In this document: piece after piece, positions 60,477 to 64,000 of the stretch | Layout: each line of letters starts with the position of its first letter | Position numbering within the stretch: the stretch's first letter is position 1 | Origin: Utricularia gibba | Lineage: Eukaryota; Plantae; Magnoliophyta | DNA length: 64,000 nt | Assembly: GCA_002189035.1 (NCBI GenBank) | Contig: NEEC01000012.1 | Location: forward strand, 2,356,001-2,420,000 | Direction: 5' to 3' | Position numbers and translations under genes: made by a program | The notes under the pieces: model-generated | What the model was told of the DNA's origin: nothing | The model's input: only the letters and a program-made list of their open reading frames with translations | Database searches by the model: none

Positions 60477-61790
60477 TCATGCTCGGGGGCTCCAACTCGC
60501 CGTCGCTGATTCCCAAAGAGGGCCCTTTCCATTCTGGTGGAGCAACTCCTTGATTGTCTCACATTGCGAACTTTTCTCAAGTTCAACAAAGAAGGGTTCA
60601 GGGATTTGCTTTGCAAGCCATGCGATGTAGGTAGTTGAATGAGTTTTCTGCGCCTGATAGTCCAAAAAATCGTTGTCAGGGACGACTGAGCACTTTTGGA
60701 AAAACATCAGCTCATCTTTCACAAACCTGCTGATGTTTCCACTCTTGTCAGAGGCGTCGGGGCAGGAATTGCAGGGAGCTGCTATTTGATCATCCCCGTT
60801 TGCCAAATGCTTCATCCATATGAGAGACAGGAAGCGACGGTGCAGCCATAGGGACTCTCTTCCTATATAACGGGTTATCAGAGAAGAAACCCACTCAAGC
60901 TCCCCCTGCCAAAGCTGATGGATTTCGAAACATGGGGGAAGGTCAGAAGCATGAGAATGGTGGATTTTCTCTATGATCTTCAACAATAAGCATGAACGGT
61001 AGTGATAACATGAGTTATCAGCTACATGAAGGCCGGCCCATTCACGAGAAATCTGAAGCTCATGGAGAAGCTGGGTAATAGACATATAGGAAACCAGCCA
61101 GCATCTATAACTCCAAGCACGGTAGTTCATTTTAAAGTTCTCAACAATGGTTTTCACAAACTCAGACTCCCTCCCCACAATTTCTTGTATGTCTTCGTCT
61201 TTCTCGCCTATCATCTTGATCACCCACCTTCGGTGGCTCCATGCACGCTCGCTTTTGGGCGAGTATGATAGTACTAGAGCGGACAAGTGTAATTCATCCA
61301 TCAAAGAGGAGCGGAGGTACCTTTTTGATACTATCATTTTCCTAGAATTCCATGCGGTGCCAAAATCAGAACTTAGAAGGAGAAGAGCTCTGCTATGCTT
61401 CATTACATCAATCTCTGCTGCTGAATATTCATCTATCTTTTCCCCCGGATCACTTGTCAATCTGTAACTTTTATAAGAAGTGAGAAAAACGTCTCTTGCA
61501 GCACAATACAGCATAAAGAGATTGAGGGTACTGATGCCCAATTTATGATCTCTATTCCAGAAGACATTTGCAAAGCTATTAGTCTCTACGGATTTTGGGT
61601 TGTTGATTTCATCAAATACATTCAGGGTGTCTCCGGTGGACGACGGAGGAATAATGGCGCTCTCCCCATCAAATGCAGCAAATTGAGAAGGATGAATAAA
61701 ACCCACCTCATCAATATGTGGGTCAGAATCCAATATATTTTCAAGGATGTTCAAAAGTTCATATGGGTCAACAACACTGACTGCACTCAT
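60477..61790 (-). CDS. Protein prenyltransferase alpha-subunit-repeat protein (PTAR1-like), intronless CDS of 437 aa
   Basis: LL..LE.IL.SDP.IDEVGFIHPSQF, HKLGIS, ALLLLSSDFGTAWNSRK, ALVLSYSPKSERAWSHRRWV, KMNYRAWSYRCWL, WAGLHVADNSCYHYR, RY.GRESLWLHRRFLS (PFTA repeats). Confidence 0.88.
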   Translation of the reverse strand: MSAVSVVDPYELLNILENILDSDPHIDEVGFIHPSQFAAFDGESAIIPPSSTGDTLNVFDEINNPKSVETNSFANVFWNRDHKLGISTLNLFMLYCAARDVFLTSYKSYRLTSDPGEKIDEYSAAEIDVMKHSRALLLLSSDFGTAWNSRKMIVSKRYLRSSLMDELHLSALVLSYSPKSERAWSHRRWVIKMIGEKDEDIQEIVGRESEFVKTIVENFKMNYRAWSYRCWLVSYMSITQLLHELQISREWAGLHVADNSCYHYRSCLLLKIIEKIHHSHASDLPPCFEIHQLWQGELEWVSSLITRYIGRESLWLHRRFLSLIWMKHLANGDDQIAAPCNSCPDASDKSGNISRFVKDELMFFQKCSVVPDNDFLDYQAQKTHSTTYIAWLAKQIPEPFFVELEKSSQCETIKELLHQNGKGPLWESATASWSPRA

Positions 61791-63024
61791 TATAGTTCAG
61801 CAGGAAACTCCATAACAGATCTCGAGAATACTTCAATCCAACGCCTTAATTCCCAAGATGCACGCTCGGCACTACAACTGCAATCCGAGTTTCCCATGTA
61901 GACAGATAATGAGCCTCAAACAGCATGAAAATCAATTTTCATATAGACTTACACAGCGTATGAATACAAGTTTTGAAACTCACCATCAGACCTACATCGA
62001 AATGTTATAAAGATGCCAAATATCCGGAACGTAAACCGCAAGAAAAGAAGCAGATGCACGTAATCAGTCGAAAGGAAGGAATCGTAAATGAACCCCCACA
62101 AATTGTCAGCAAGCCAGCATCAACACAATTCAAAGGAACTCCCCATGCGTTGAAACATCAAGTACCAACGAGGCCGCATAGAACTGAATATAAGTTTTAT
62201 AAGAAACACAAGTAAAAGGGAACTCAAATTCAACTGGATTAGAAGGATCCCAACTTCTTTTTTTTTTTCACCAGCAATTTCTCTCCTTTCTCCCGAAACA
62301 AGAGTAAAATGCAACAAGTTAGGTTTTTCTAGCAGTTGGAAGAGGATCAAAACTTCACCAACTGAATCGTTAGAAACAAAATGAGAACAGAAAGACTACC
62401 AAATTTATCGCGGAAACGCAACACGGGACGAAAACCCCTAGCCCCTAGGCAATTTCCACTAGCCACCAGCTCGCAGAATCCAGTCGATGGGAAACAACAT
62501 CCAATTCACAGATTCACAGATTCAGCCCAAAGCAAATACGCAAACTCACTGACCAATTCCTTCGTCTCCAACCCCATGGCCCAATCGTAAATTCCGATCA
62601 TCTCTAGAACTGAAAAACCGTTTCTTCTCTCTCCGCCTCAACTGTCCGTCAAGGACATCTCCCGCCTTTGTCATTGTTCTTCTCCCATGGGCAGCTTAAG
62701 GCCCACTAGTCTAATAATTCTGAAAGTGGGCTATCGAGCCCAATACATAATACGCTGGCGGATTCAAATCCTGGCTAAAGAACCGCCGCCCTCCTGATCG
62801 GAGTCGCCGCAATTGATATCTCCTCCGACCAGTCTTACAGGCTGTGATCCTTTATTCAGAAAGTAGAAAAAACTTCATCAGCTACCCAATCTCATACATA
62901 CACCACATGAATTGCAGAGAATACTCCAACAACCAAATGATTTTCTGGGCTTCTGTGTACACATCGAACCCCAGTTTTATTGCAGCGGTTCAACTTGCTG
63001 AGGGAGACCAACACCCAGAATCGT

Positions 63025-63897
63025 TCACAACTGAGACAGCTTGGCCAGCGTCAGAGCCAGCGCTCGCACCCCATTACCAATGTCCCTTGCCTCTGCAAAT
63101 TCTTCCGGTCTATGGCTGTATCCTGCACACACCACAACCATAGCAAATCAATTAAACGATTCTATGAAATAATTCAAATAAATAGAATCAAACACATCCT
63201 AATTCTATTATTAGCTGCATTACCTTTATAGCAGGGAATGAAGATCATGGCCATGGGTGATACTCTGCCAGAATGTGTCCGTATTCAGTGGCCAACAGAA
63301 TGTTGCAATCACAGGTTAGTTTCGTTATCTGTAGTACCTGGCCATGAAGAGGGAATCATGATAGGCTCTGCTGATCATCTTCTTGAAAGACAAGTTGAGT
63401 TCTTGGCAGGCGGATTCCATGGCGTTCACCACCGTGTCATGGGAGGCTGCTGGTGGATCCTGATTCACGATTCTGAATCCTGAGAGCTTCACACCCCGAG
63501 CTTCGGAGATGCTGATAGCAGACTGGCTGACTTTGCTGATCACTGTGTTTCTTCGCTTTTCGTCGATATCACGGATATCTGCAGGCAATAGCATGAAGGG
63601 AAGTGATGGTTTGTTCATGATCAAGAGATGGATGAACCCATCTGGGGACATATCCTACAAACAGACCGATTTCGAGATGGGATTTGCTTGGGATGCTGTT
63701 AACTGCCGCAGGGTGCAGCTCCAGAATGCCTTCAGTAGAGCAACGAGATCATCAAAGATGCAAAGGGAGATGCTTTATGTGGAAAAGCTAAGGTTTGGGA
63801 TTCACCAACAGTGCCAACCGTGTCCACGGATCCGGACTCCAGTACGTGCTTTTCGACTGCAAGTGCTAATTCTGCAGCAGCCAATCCTGCATCATGC
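63025..63897 (-). CDS. UAH: Ureidoglycolate amidohydrolase (M20 family); only the last five exons are in the window
   Basis: DAGLAAAELALAVEKHVLESGS.DTVGTVGILELHP.A.NSIPSKSHLEID.RDIDE.RRNTVI, NQDPPA, MISRAYHDSLFMAR.SPM.MIFIPCYKGYSH.PEE, LALTLAKLS. Confidence 0.93.
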
Positions 63898-64000
63898 CTG
63901 TCAGAAAATAGTTTGTGGATTGATCAGAGAAGATATGTATTCCCAAAGAGTGAACAAAGAGGCTTGATTCCATCATAGAGGTGAAGATCCAGACAACAAT

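Overview
Eukaryotic (eudicot plant) nuclear DNA, very gene-dense: 19 protein-coding genes in 64 kb (about one per 3.4 kb), with short introns and AT-rich spacers. In order: UBC22 (partial, -), CHL27/CRD1 (-), ALADIN (-), LUX/PCL1 (-), INTS7-like (+), APX3 (-), HDA15 (+), TRAP-alpha (+), ALIS/CDC50 (+), TRM5 (+), KRI1 (-), ERD2-like receptor (+), ASHR1/SDG37 (-), plastid SWIB protein (-), At2g15020-like protein (-), CYCD3 (-), RD21-like protease (-), intronless PTAR1-like prenyltransferase-alpha-repeat protein (-), UAH (partial, -). Gene models were spliced by hand and named from recalled family sequences, not from database searches. Main observations: (1) three minor-spliceosome (U12-type) introns, one AT-AC in ALADIN and two GT-AG in ASHR1; (2) four places where an otherwise intact conserved gene is one nucleotide short (two exonic frameshifts, two apparent G|TT donors), all explained by loss of one G from a G-run, so most likely assembly error, though TT-AG introns cannot be excluded for the donors; (3) an intronless PTAR1-like gene and a CYCD3 apparently missing a family intron; (4) a tandem MITE pair, retroelement relics, candidate uORFs and a canonical G-quadruplex upstream of CYCD3. 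The density and protein divergence would fit a miniature-genome asterid such as Lentibulariaceae, but that is a guess. I found no convincing novel multi-gene system; most other ORF-track entries are antisense or intron shadows.
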